This document shows, piece by piece, positions 18,044 through 26,567 of a stretch of DNA of 39,320 nucleotides (the stretch's first letter is position 1; the number at the start of each line of letters is the position of its first letter). The stretch comes from Candidatus Izemoplasmatales bacterium. Lineage in GTDB: Bacteria; Bacillota_I; Bacilli_A; Izemoplasmatales; Hujiaoplasmataceae. A program made the position numbers and the translations under genes. The stretch is from contig JBAYZV010000001.1 of assembly GCA_041672325.1 (NCBI GenBank), positions 1-39,320 on the forward strand. Direction: 5' to 3'. The notes under the pieces were generated by a model. It was not told the origin of the DNA. It saw only the letters and a program-made list of their open reading frames with translations, and did no database searches.

Positions 18044-19396
18044 ATGAGTATACAAGATAATATGAAAATATTTAATTCTTATACTAACAAATTAGATGAT
18101 TTTAAATCAATTCATCCTAACAAAATAAATATGTATGTTTGTGGACCAACAGTCTATAATTATATCCATATTGGCAATGCTAGACCCGTGGTTTTTTTTG
18201 ATACAGTAAGAAGGTTTTTTGAAAAACTTGGTTATGAAGTAAAATATGCTTCTAACTTTACTGATGTTGATGATAAAATTATCCAAAAAGCGATTGAAGA
18301 GAATTCTAGTGAACTTATAGTCAGCAAGAAATATATTGAAGCTTTTTTAAAGGATCTTAGTTCTCTTAATTGTAAAACAGACTATCTGCAACCGAAAGTT
18401 ACAGAATATATGAGTTTTATCATTAAGTTTATTCAAGATTTAATTGATAAAGATTATGCCTATAACGTTGATGGAGACGTTTATTTCAGAGTGGACAGAA
18501 TTAAAGATTATGGAATTTTAAGTAATCGGAATATTGATGATTTAATTTCAGGAAGTAGAGTAGATATTAATCTAAAGAAGGAAAGTCCATTGGATTTTAC
18601 TCTTTGGAAAAAAACCGATGTGGGAATTAATTTTGATTCTTCATTTTCTAAAGGAAGGCCTGGTTGGCACACTGAGTGTGTTGCAATGATTGATGATATC
18701 TTTCATGAACAAATAGATATTCATGGAGGGGGCATAGATTTACAATTTCCTCATCATGAAAATGAAATAGCTCAATCAAAAGCTTTACATAATCATTCGT
18801 TAGCTAAATATTGGGTTCATAACGGTAGATTGAGTTTTAAAAATGAAAAGATGAGTAAGAGCTTGGGGAATGTTGTTTTAGTTAAAGATGTGGAAGAAAA
18901 AATGCCTTTAAGGTATTTCTTGTTAAGCACACATTATCGTTCTCCATTAAACTATGATGAAGAAAGTTTTGCAATGTATGTTAAAGAATGGCAAAAATTA
19001 GAAACTGCTGTAAAACAGTTATTTTTTAAGTTGGATTTAGCCAAAGAGTTAAACGATAATGTTTCAATAAAAAATGAAGAAGTGTTATTGGAAATTAATA
19101 CATTTAATGAAGCTATGAAAGATGATTTTAATACAGCTAACGCTATTACGTCAATGCAATCTTTGACAAAGACTATTAATCAATCACTTCGTAAGAAAAG
19201 CGACTACAATCATCTTAACGAGCTGTTTAATGCAATTGTTTATATGATGGATGTCTTAGGTCTAAAAGTTGACTTAAGAGCAATGAATGACGATGATAGA
19301 CAACTTTACGTTAAATGGCAAGAAGCTAGGAGTTCTAAAAATTTTGCTTTAGCTGATGAACTAAGAGAAGAAATGTCAAAAAGAGGAATTAAATGA
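18044..19396 (+). CDS. cysS: Cysteine--tRNA ligase
   Basis: HIGH motif HIGNARP, Zn ligands (CGPTVY, WHTEC), KMSKS motif KMSKSLGN. The start may instead be the in-frame ATG at 18062 (MKIFNSYTN). Confidence 0.93.
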   Translation: MSIQDNMKIFNSYTNKLDDFKSIHPNKINMYVCGPTVYNYIHIGNARPVVFFDTVRRFFEKLGYEVKYASNFTDVDDKIIQKAIEENSSELIVSKKYIEAFLKDLSSLNCKTDYLQPKVTEYMSFIIKFIQDLIDKDYAYNVDGDVYFRVDRIKDYGILSNRNIDDLISGSRVDINLKKESPLDFTLWKKTDVGINFDSSFSKGRPGWHTECVAMIDDIFHEQIDIHGGGIDLQFPHHENEIAQSKALHNHSLAKYWVHNGRLSFKNEKMSKSLGNVVLVKDVEEKMPLRYFLLSTHYRSPLNYDEESFAMYVKEWQKLETAVKQLFFKLDLAKELNDNVSIKNEEVLLEINTFNEAMKDDFNTANAITSMQSLTKTINQSLRKKSDYNHLNELFNAIVYMMDVLGLKVDLRAMNDDDRQLYVKWQEARSSKNFALADELREEMSKRGIK

Positions 19397-19800
19397 TTTT
19401 ATTCAACGGTTTAACTCTAGCTTACATTGGAGACGCTTATTACGAAATGCGAGTAAGGCAACATTCTTTAGACTTAGGATTGACTTTGGTTAATGATTTA
19501 CATAATTTAACAGTTAAATACACTAATTCTAAATCGCAAGCTTTAGCAGCCAACTTACTTATTGAGGAATTTTACTCTGAAGAAGAAATCAAAATTTTTA
19601 AACGTGGCCGTAACCAAACTGCTAAACATAAACCAAAGAATGTTGATGTTGGGACTTACAACAAATCTACTGGTTTTGAAGCGGTTATTGGGTATCTATA
19701 TTTAGAAAAGAACTGGGAAAGATTGGAACAAATTTTGGAATTTACATTTGAAGTAATTGATAAAAGTTATGAAGAATCTATAGTTGAGAAGGTTTTATAA
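19393..19800 (+). CDS. mrnC: Mini-ribonuclease 3
   Basis: 135 aa: LTLAYIGDAYYEMRVR...RGRN...YNKSTGFEAVIGYLYL (RNase III signature). ATGA overlap with cysS. Bacillus-type position. Confidence 0.88.
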   Translation: MILFNGLTLAYIGDAYYEMRVRQHSLDLGLTLVNDLHNLTVKYTNSKSQALAANLLIEEFYSEEEIKIFKRGRNQTAKHKPKNVDVGTYNKSTGFEAVIGYLYLEKNWERLEQILEFTFEVIDKSYEESIVEKVL

Positions 19801-19859
19801 TAAAAAATCTTTCAAAATACAAACAATAGATTTATGTTAAACTATAAGTGGTGATATAA

Positions 19860-20576
19860 ATGAGTGTTCAGATTTACGGAAAAAATTCTTGTCAAGAAAT
19901 AATTGACAACAAAAAAGATATTATACAAGCATATATTATGGATGGGTCTAATCCTGATTTTCTAAACATACTTAAAAGAAGGAATGTAAAAACTTTAATT
20001 ATTTCCAAGGATGAGTTTAAGAAAAAATTCCAGGGGAATCATCAGGGAGTAGTTTTTGAAATGGAAGATTATAAAACATATGATTTAGAAGATTTTTTAG
20101 AAGAATTAGATCTTTCTTTAAAACCTTTATTGATTATGCTTGATGGTATTACAGATGTCCATAATTTTGGAGCTATTATCAGGACTTGTGAGGCGGGTGG
20201 CGTAAACGGAATAATTATTCCTAAGAATCGCTCAGTAAAACTAGGTGGTATAGTAGCTAAGACAAGTTCTGGAGCAATTGAAAATATAAAGATTATTGAA
20301 GTAACAAATTTACGAAACACCCTAGAAAAACTTAAAAAGAACGGGTTTTGGACAGTCGGAACTAGTCTTGATGCAACTGAAGATTATTTAAAAATATTCG
20401 TTGATAAACCATTATGTGTTGTCATCGGAAGTGAAGGAAAAGGGATGTCTAGATTAATAAAAGAAACAGTAGATTTTAATGTTAAAATAAACATGGCTGG
20501 TAGAGTAAACAGTTTAAACGCTTCAGTAAGTGCTGGGATAATTATTTTTGACATTCTTAGGAAGAAAAACAATTAA
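19860..20576 (+). CDS. rlmB: 23S rRNA (guanosine2251-2'-O)-methyltransferase, SpoU/TrmH family
   Basis: SPOUT motifs LDGITDVHNFGAIIRTCEA, VVIGSEGKGMSRL, SLNASVSAGIIIF. Conserved position after mrnC. Confidence 0.88.
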   Translation: MSVQIYGKNSCQEIIDNKKDIIQAYIMDGSNPDFLNILKRRNVKTLIISKDEFKKKFQGNHQGVVFEMEDYKTYDLEDFLEELDLSLKPLLIMLDGITDVHNFGAIIRTCEAGGVNGIIIPKNRSVKLGGIVAKTSSGAIENIKIIEVTNLRNTLEKLKKNGFWTVGTSLDATEDYLKIFVDKPLCVVIGSEGKGMSRLIKETVDFNVKINMAGRVNSLNASVSAGIIIFDILRKKNN

Positions 20577-21119
20577 ATGATTTTTCGCAATTATAATGAT
20601 TTTGAGATTATCAACCAAATTAAAGAAGGCGATGAAGAAGCTTTTAAATTTATGGTTGATAAGTATCAATATCTTATTGCGAAAAAAATCAAAAGTTTCA
20701 ACCTAGTTGAAGATTACGAAGATTGTTATCAGGAAGCGTTAATGCTTCTTTATCGTTCTATTATAAAATTTAATGAAATTTTTAATAAAACATTTACAAG
20801 ATTTTTTGAATCTAATCTGAATAATTACCTTATTTCATATAAGAATAAGAAAATGAAGTATATCAATTTTAAAATTGAAAAGTTACCTATTATTTGTGAT
20901 TTTGTTGTTAAAGAGGATAACTTAATATATTTTAGAGATGAAGAAATAATACGGACATTAACAACCTTATCTAAGTTTGAAAAACAAATTTATCAAATAA
21001 AGATTCTTGAAAAAAGAACTGTAAAGGAATCCGCTATTTATCTTGGTTGTGATGAAAAAAAGATATATAATGCATTGGATAGAATTAGAAAAAAAATTAA
21101 ATTGCATTTAATGACATGA
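20577..21119 (+). CDS. Small sigma-70 family factor, SigH-like by position
   Basis: 180 aa. Region 2-like EGDEEAFKFMVDKYQYLIAKKI...YEDCYQEALMLLYRSI and region 4-like HTH LSKFEKQIYQIKILEKRTVKESAIYLGCDEKKIYNALDRIRKKI. Occupies the sigH slot between rlmB and rpmG. Confidence 0.75.
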   Translation: MIFRNYNDFEIINQIKEGDEEAFKFMVDKYQYLIAKKIKSFNLVEDYEDCYQEALMLLYRSIIKFNEIFNKTFTRFFESNLNNYLISYKNKKMKYINFKIEKLPIICDFVVKEDNLIYFRDEEIIRTLTTLSKFEKQIYQIKILEKRTVKESAIYLGCDEKKIYNALDRIRKKIKLHLMT

Positions 21120-21177
21120 TTTTCTTGACTTTTCCTGCTTTTTTTAATAAAATTAATAAAGCAAGTGAGTTGATAAT

Positions 21178-21321
21178 ATGAAAAATAAAACTGTTTTAAT
21201 CTGTACAGAGTGTTCATCACGTAATTATGAGATGAAAAAAACTGACAAATCAACTCGATTTGAAGTTAAAAAATTCTGTAAGAAATGCAAAAAGCATACC
21301 ATTCATAAAGAAGGTAAGTAG
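21178..21321 (+). CDS. rpmG: 50S ribosomal protein L33
   Basis: Not in the ORF track because it is only 47 aa. Hand translation gives MKNKTVLICTECSSRNYEMKKTDKSTRFEVKKFCKKCKKHTIHKEGK, which has the CxxC...CxxC Zn ribbon and L33 signature. Conserved position before secE. Confidence 0.9.
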   Translation: MKNKTVLICTECSSRNYEMKKTDKSTRFEVKKFCKKCKKHTIHKEGK

Positions 21322-21332
21322 GGGGTAATAAA

Positions 21333-21824
21333 ATGGCAAAAGAACAAAAAGAAAAAAAGATCAAGCCTACTGAAGTAAAAGCGCCTAAATCTGAAAGCAA
21401 AGTAATGTCAATCCTAAAAAAAGAATATAAATTTGAAAACTGGCTACTAGCAATTCTTTCACCAGTGTTGATTTTATATGGTGTTTATATTTTAATAGGA
21501 AAATTCGGTACAGCATCTCCGACATTAGCAGAAGTACTAGGCACATCAGGAATTGGCATTATTGATTTTTTCTTTGAAACAACTTTAAGAAGAATTTTAA
21601 CTGGATCATTTCTAGTTTTAATAGGGGTTTTAGTATTGGTTTATCTATTTATTCCTTATATTAAACCAAGTATATCTGAAATGAAAAAGGTTAATTGGCC
21701 TTCTGGAAAAGACTTAGCTAGTAATAGTGCTAGAGTTTTCTCTTTCTTACTATTCTTAATGTTTATTTTCTTTCTTTATGGAGTAGTTCTAGATCCACTA
21801 TTTAAATTAGTTTACGGAAATTAA
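21333..21824 (+). CDS. secE: Preprotein translocase subunit SecE, long three-TM form
   Basis: The C-terminal segment ISEMKKVNWPSGKDLASNSARVFSFLLFLMFIFFLYGVVLD is the conserved SecE helix. It is preceded by a lysine-rich N-terminus and two extra TM helices. Position before nusG. Confidence 0.85.
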   Translation: MAKEQKEKKIKPTEVKAPKSESKVMSILKKEYKFENWLLAILSPVLILYGVYILIGKFGTASPTLAEVLGTSGIGIIDFFFETTLRRILTGSFLVLIGVLVLVYLFIPYIKPSISEMKKVNWPSGKDLASNSARVFSFLLFLMFIFFLYGVVLDPLFKLVYGN

Positions 21825-21836
21825 TAAGGATTAAAG

Positions 21837-22394
21837 ATGGCTAATTTTAGTGATATTAACCAAAGACGTCTTTGGTATATAGTTCAGACCTATTCAGGAT
21901 TAGAAAATTCTGTAAAGGCTAGTATTGAAAGAAGAATTGAATCAATGAATATGGAAGATAAAATCTTTCAAGTCATGATACCTGAAGAAATAGTACCAGC
22001 AGATAAAAAGGATAAAAATCCAAAAGAAAAACTTGTTAAAATATTTCCAGGATATGTGTTTATTGAAATGATTGTAACTGATGATTCTTGGTTCGTTGTA
22101 AGAAACACTCCTGGTGTTACTGGATTCTTAGGAAGTAGTGGCGGTGGAACTAAACCTGTTCCGTTAAAACCTGATGAAATAAACCCTATTCTTAAAAAAT
22201 GCGGTATGCTACAAGTACAAAAATTCAATGTTAAACCAGGTCAAAAAGTTAGAATTATCACTGGTAATTTTGAAGGGCAAGAAGTTGTTGTTGAAAACAT
22301 TGATCAGGATAAAGGCAAAATTCATGTACTTATTGAAATGTTTGAAAGACAGACATCTTATGAGTTAGATTTTACTGATGTTGAAGTGATTTAA
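21837..22394 (+). CDS. nusG: Transcription termination/antitermination factor NusG
   Basis: NGN domain WYIVQTYSGLENSVK...FPGYVFIEM and KOW domain GQKVRIITGNFEGQEVVVENID. Confidence 0.95.
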   Translation: MANFSDINQRRLWYIVQTYSGLENSVKASIERRIESMNMEDKIFQVMIPEEIVPADKKDKNPKEKLVKIFPGYVFIEMIVTDDSWFVVRNTPGVTGFLGSSGGGTKPVPLKPDEINPILKKCGMLQVQKFNVKPGQKVRIITGNFEGQEVVVENIDQDKGKIHVLIEMFERQTSYELDFTDVEVI

Positions 22395-22411
22395 GATAAG
22401 TGTAATTATTA

Positions 22412-22442
22412 ACAGTCTAGAAATTTCTAGACTGTTTTTTTT
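22412..22442 (+). terminator. Intrinsic terminator after nusG
   Basis: 10-bp perfect stem acagtctaga / tctagactgt with loop aatt, followed by T8. Confidence 0.85.
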
Positions 22443-22492
22443 AAAATCACTTGAAAATAAGAAAATAATAGTATTGATTTATTATAGACATC

Positions 22493-22521
22493 TTTATTTA
22501 TGTTTTCATTTGTGATAAAAT
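22493..22521 (+). promoter_or_regulatory. Candidate extended -10 promoter for the TPR-GGDEF gene
   Basis: TGTG-a-TAAAAT at 22511-22521 (TRTGn -10 type). The -35 tttatt, 17 nt upstream, is weak. Confidence 0.45.
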
Positions 22522-22555
22522 CACTTTGCTTAACAAAAGTATGGAGTGATTAAAC

Positions 22556-24220
22556 ATGGTCGAGAAAAATACGAATAGTATAATTAAGCGAATTGATGAA
22601 TTAAATGCATTTGCTAATAGTATGTCTGCTAAAGATGCTTTAGCTGCTAATAAAGCTGCTGAAGAAGCTTTAGAACTTTCTAAAGAGATTGACTATTTAA
22701 AAGGAAAGATTTATGCAACTTTCTATATTGGAGAAAGCTTATTTAGACAAGGTAATATTTATGATGCGATAAAATATTTAAGAAATTCTTTGAACTTGAA
22801 TATGGAACCAGTTGATAAGCTTGCTCAGTCTATGACCTATACTACTTTGGGGAATGTTCATCTATACATGAAACTATATGACTTATCTTTTTACTATTTT
22901 CGTATGGCTTTGAATTCTATCGAATTATTGGAACGTTATGAATCTCAAGCAATGATTCATAACAATATAGGAGAAATTTATCGCGAATTAGGTGATTATG
23001 ACAAGGCGCTAGATTCATATGGACAATGTTTGGACATTAGTGAGAAAAATGGGTTTGTTCGTGTAGGTATGTTTGCGACAGCTAATATTGGTGTTACAGA
23101 TTATGAAACGAAGAATTATCAAGCAGCTATTTATTATTTAGAGAAAAGCTTAGTAACAGCTAAGGAACTTAATAATCAAATAATTGAAGGTTTTGCATCA
23201 AGATATCTAGGTTTAATTTATTTTTCCTTGAAAGATTATGATAATTCATTAAAACATTTATTAGCTGCTATGGATGTTTATAAAAATAGTAATGAAACAA
23301 TTTCTAGCGCTAGAATTTATAAAGATTTAGCGCAATTAGAGTATCAATTTAATCGAAGTTCTAAAGCTTTAGAATTATTAGAAAAAGCCCAGACAATAGC
23401 AGAAGCTCTTCAAGACAAGCGTTTAATTGTCGCTATATATGATTTGTTTTCGAAAATTTATAGTGACTTAGGTGAGTTTGAACATGCTTGCAAGTATTAT
23501 GCTTTAGGAACTAAACTTAAAAGTGATCAAGAAACTCAAAATAATGAACATAGATTAAAAAGTATAGATTTTCAACTTCGAACGTGGAATGCGCTTGAAG
23601 AAAGTGAAATGTACCAAAAAATGAATAAAGATCTTCAAGAAAAAACAGAAAGATTGGAAAAAGTAACTAAAGAACTCCAAAAGATTAATAAAGAAGTAAA
23701 AGCATTGAGCGATATGGATGGATTAACTAGAATTGCAAACAGAATACGCTTAGATGATTACGCACAAGAAGCCTTTACAAGAGGGTATAAGAATAAAGCT
23801 AATCTTACAATGATGATTATTGATATTGATAACTTTAAGGAATATAACGATTTTTATGGACATTTAATCGGAGATGAAGCGTTAAAGAAACTGGCTAGGA
23901 TTTTGGAAAAATCTATTGAAGGAAAAGACGCATTAGTAGCTAGATTTGGTGGAGATGAATTTGTTTTAATAGCTTATGATTGCGACATTGAAGAAGCTAA
24001 AAAGATTGCCAAATCAATTAATAAAAATCTACAATCTAGAAAAATTAAGCATGAAAAATCTTATGTTAGTCAATATCTTACGATTTCTATCGGTATTATT
24101 TCTCAAATACCTCAAAGGAAATCTACTTATGCACTAATGATGGATTTTGCCGATCAAGCTTTATATCAAGCGAAAGAAAAGGGAAAAAACCAAACTGAAG
24201 TTTATGAAAATATTCATTAG
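22556..24220 (+). CDS. Cytosolic TPR-repeat / coiled-coil / GGDEF-domain diguanylate cyclase
   Basis: The N-terminal 320 aa or so carry repeated 34-aa TPR-like units (e.g. AMIHNNIGEIYRELGDYDKALDSYGQCLDISEK). A coiled-coil follows (EESEMYQKMNKDLQEKTERLEKVTKELQKINKEVKAL). The C-terminal GGDEF domain reads DGLTRIANR...IIDIDNFKEYNDFYGHLIGDEAL...ARFGGDEFVLIAY, with the GGDEF codons at 23948-23962. No TM or signal peptide. Confidence 0.88.
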   Translation: MVEKNTNSIIKRIDELNAFANSMSAKDALAANKAAEEALELSKEIDYLKGKIYATFYIGESLFRQGNIYDAIKYLRNSLNLNMEPVDKLAQSMTYTTLGNVHLYMKLYDLSFYYFRMALNSIELLERYESQAMIHNNIGEIYRELGDYDKALDSYGQCLDISEKNGFVRVGMFATANIGVTDYETKNYQAAIYYLEKSLVTAKELNNQIIEGFASRYLGLIYFSLKDYDNSLKHLLAAMDVYKNSNETISSARIYKDLAQLEYQFNRSSKALELLEKAQTIAEALQDKRLIVAIYDLFSKIYSDLGEFEHACKYYALGTKLKSDQETQNNEHRLKSIDFQLRTWNALEESEMYQKMNKDLQEKTERLEKVTKELQKINKEVKALSDMDGLTRIANRIRLDDYAQEAFTRGYKNKANLTMMIIDIDNFKEYNDFYGHLIGDEALKKLARILEKSIEGKDALVARFGGDEFVLIAYDCDIEEAKKIAKSINKNLQSRKIKHEKSYVSQYLTISIGIISQIPQRKSTYALMMDFADQALYQAKEKGKNQTEVYENIH

Positions 24221-24238
24221 TAATCTAAAAGTTTTTTT

Positions 24239-24274
24239 AGCGATTCTAACTAGTTTGAGTTGAATCGCTTTTTT
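24239..24274 (+). terminator. Intrinsic terminator after the GGDEF gene
   Basis: Stem agcgattc (24239-24246) pairs with gaatcgct (24262-24269) across a 15-nt loop, followed by T6. Confidence 0.6.
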
Positions 24275-24301
24275 AAAAAAAGACATGAAAAAAAGAATGT
24301 A

Positions 24302-24330
24302 TTTAGAAATAAAATAAATAATGATATAAT
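24302..24330 (+). promoter_or_regulatory. Extended -10 promoter for the tandem MacB-type ABC genes
   Basis: TG-a-TATAAT at 24322-24330. The -35-like tttaga (24302-24307) lies at 17-nt spacing. Confidence 0.55.
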
Positions 24331-24361
24331 AAAACCATGTTTATCGGGAGGAATATTGCTG

Positions 24362-26563
24362 ATGATTAAATTGAAGAATGTATCTAAGTATTACAGTTCT
24401 AATGATGTTATAGCATTAGGATTAAGAAAAGTTGATTTAGAGTTACATGTTAATGAATTTGTAGCAATCGTAGGTGAGTCAGGGTCTGGTAAAACTACCC
24501 TTTTAAATGTTATAAGCGGAATAGATACTTATGAAGAAGGCGAAATGTATATTAATGGAGAAGAAACATCTTATTTTTCTGTTAGTGACATGGAAAACTA
24601 TCGGAAAAAGTATGTAGCTTTTGTTTTTCAAGATTACAATTTAATCGACTCTTATACAGTTTTACAAAATGTTGAAGCTCCACTGTTGCTCTCAGGTTAT
24701 CCAAAGGACCAAATCAAAAAAAGAGCAATGGAGATTATTGAAAAAGTTGGACTTAAAAAGCATTATAAACATAAAGCGACAAAATTAAGTGGTGGTCAAA
24801 AACAAAGAGTTGTAATAGCTCGAGCTTTGGCTAAGGATTGTCCTATAATAGCCGCTGATGAACCAACAGGGAATCTGGATTCTGAATCAGCTAGACAAAT
24901 TATACAATTATTAGCTGATATAGCTAAAGATAAATTAGTTATCATGGTAACACATGATTTTACTCAAGTAGAAGAGTTTGCTACAAGAAAAATCAGAATT
25001 TTTGATGGCGAAATTGTTGAAGATAAAGAATTAAAAAAAGTAGAAAAAAATGATTTACCAAAATTAGAAGATAAAGAGTATAAAATTGACTTTTTATCTT
25101 TATTAAGACTTTCTTTAAGAAATCTATTCGCTGTACCTAAGAAAACAGTATTAATGATTCTAGTTTTTTCTTTCTTTGCTATTTTTGTAGGAATTGCATA
25201 TGGTGGTTATATCATTGTTTCTAATGATTCAAATTATTCCTACAATTCTCACTTTAATTATATTAATCCAGATCGCGTTGTTGTTAGAAGAACCGACAAT
25301 ATGGCTTTAACTCCAAGTGATTTAAAAGAACTAGGTGATTATTCTCAAGTTAAAGCAATCATATCTCAAGATTATGCTTTGGACTATAGCGTTGGTCTTA
25401 TTTCTAATTCAGATGATAGTGATGTTTTTTGGATAAACGCTAGTTTTCTACCGTTATCGGTTTTGCCAGAGGATATAGAAATACCTTATGGTGAGATGCC
25501 AGAGGAAAAAAGCCAAATCATACTTGGACTTTCTAGTTATTATCTTTCAGATGGCGCAGATATTATCGGTGATGTTTATACTAGAGCTTATGAAACTAAT
25601 TTAGATGAACTAGAGTTTGAGGTTGCTGGTGTTGTTGATACTAGTTTTTTAACAAGTAATTCTTATATGGACAAAAGTTACATTTATGTAACTGAAGAAA
25701 AGTGGGAAGAAATTAAGTATATATCTTATTTTTCTGATTACTCTGATGTAAGATTAGAATATAATGAATTTAGCTTAGTTTTATCTCGCGATAACATAGT
25801 GATTGATTCTACTTTGGCTGATAATGAGATTAAAACTACTATGGATTATATACCAAATTCTTGCCTTGACACATGTACTGTAGATGCAAAATTGAACATT
25901 AAAGATTATTATGTTGATAAAACATATGCAATTGATTTGATTTTAGATAGTAACAATAATGAGTATATTCTACGTATGAATCAAAATACATATGATTTAA
26001 TTGCGTATGATGAAATATATCAAGTTAGTTTAATGACTAAGACAGATATTAATGTAGATAGCTTAGTTAAACAAATTGCTAGATTAAGAGATGGACTTAG
26101 TTTTAAATACAAACTAATTTATCCGTTTGACTCTCAACCAACAGAAATGTATGAAGGCCTTTTATTGATGATAATGAATATTGGAATGATTTCTGTTTTA
26201 TTAATAACGATGATTGGTTCTACTTTTATATCATATATCATTTTCAAGATGATTATAAACACAAAACTTCATGACTATGCTATTTTTAGAACAATAGGTG
26301 CAAATCAAAAAGTAATTAAAGCTTTTATTTACTTAGAGAACTTTTATATCTTAATTGTGTCATTTGTTATATTTGTTGTAATTTCACTAAGTTTACCAGG
26401 AAACATAGAAGAACCATTTAATGCATTTAAGGTCTTCGATTTACCGAAGTTTTTTGTGTATTTTATATTACTATTAATAATGTCTTTGTTTATTTCTAGG
26501 AGATATTGCAATAAGATTTTTTCTAATAGTGTATCAAAGACATTAAAGACAGATTTGGAGTAG
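24362..26563 (+). CDS. Fused ABC ATPase + FtsX/MacB-type permease (type VII ABC), paralogue 1
   Basis: ATG 24362 lies 10 nt after RBS gggagg; the track start 24260 is an upstream in-frame TTG. The NBD has GESGSGKTT, LSGGQKQR, IIAADEPTGNLD and VTHD. It is followed by TM1 (VLMILVFSFFAIFVGIAYGGYIIV), an extracytoplasmic domain of about 300 aa, and a C-terminal 3-TM FtsX domain (LLITMIGSTFISYIIF...FRTIGANQKVIKAF...). Confidence 0.88.
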   Translation: MIKLKNVSKYYSSNDVIALGLRKVDLELHVNEFVAIVGESGSGKTTLLNVISGIDTYEEGEMYINGEETSYFSVSDMENYRKKYVAFVFQDYNLIDSYTVLQNVEAPLLLSGYPKDQIKKRAMEIIEKVGLKKHYKHKATKLSGGQKQRVVIARALAKDCPIIAADEPTGNLDSESARQIIQLLADIAKDKLVIMVTHDFTQVEEFATRKIRIFDGEIVEDKELKKVEKNDLPKLEDKEYKIDFLSLLRLSLRNLFAVPKKTVLMILVFSFFAIFVGIAYGGYIIVSNDSNYSYNSHFNYINPDRVVVRRTDNMALTPSDLKELGDYSQVKAIISQDYALDYSVGLISNSDDSDVFWINASFLPLSVLPEDIEIPYGEMPEEKSQIILGLSSYYLSDGADIIGDVYTRAYETNLDELEFEVAGVVDTSFLTSNSYMDKSYIYVTEEKWEEIKYISYFSDYSDVRLEYNEFSLVLSRDNIVIDSTLADNEIKTTMDYIPNSCLDTCTVDAKLNIKDYYVDKTYAIDLILDSNNNEYILRMNQNTYDLIAYDEIYQVSLMTKTDINVDSLVKQIARLRDGLSFKYKLIYPFDSQPTEMYEGLLLMIMNIGMISVLLITMIGSTFISYIIFKMIINTKLHDYAIFRTIGANQKVIKAFIYLENFYILIVSFVIFVVISLSLPGNIEEPFNAFKVFDLPKFFVYFILLLIMSLFISRRYCNKIFSNSVSKTLKTDLE

Positions 26564-26567
26564 CGTT

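Noticed and set aside
22443-22461. Imperfect direct repeat flanking the nusG/rplK insertion (aaaatcacttgaaaataag at 22443-22461 versus aaaaatcttgactaaaaatagg at 29034-29057) as possible att or target-duplication scars
   Set aside because: The alignment needs two gaps and is nearly all A/T. The right copy is simply the rplK -35 region. This is too weak to call without statistics.
24260-24361. 34-codon N-terminal extension of the first MacB-type ABC gene in the ORF track (TTG 24260)
   Set aside because: The extension starts inside the upstream terminator stem (24262-24269) and spans the predicted promoter. ATG 24362 has a strong gggagg RBS, and MIKLKNVSKYY is a typical ABC ATPase N-terminus.
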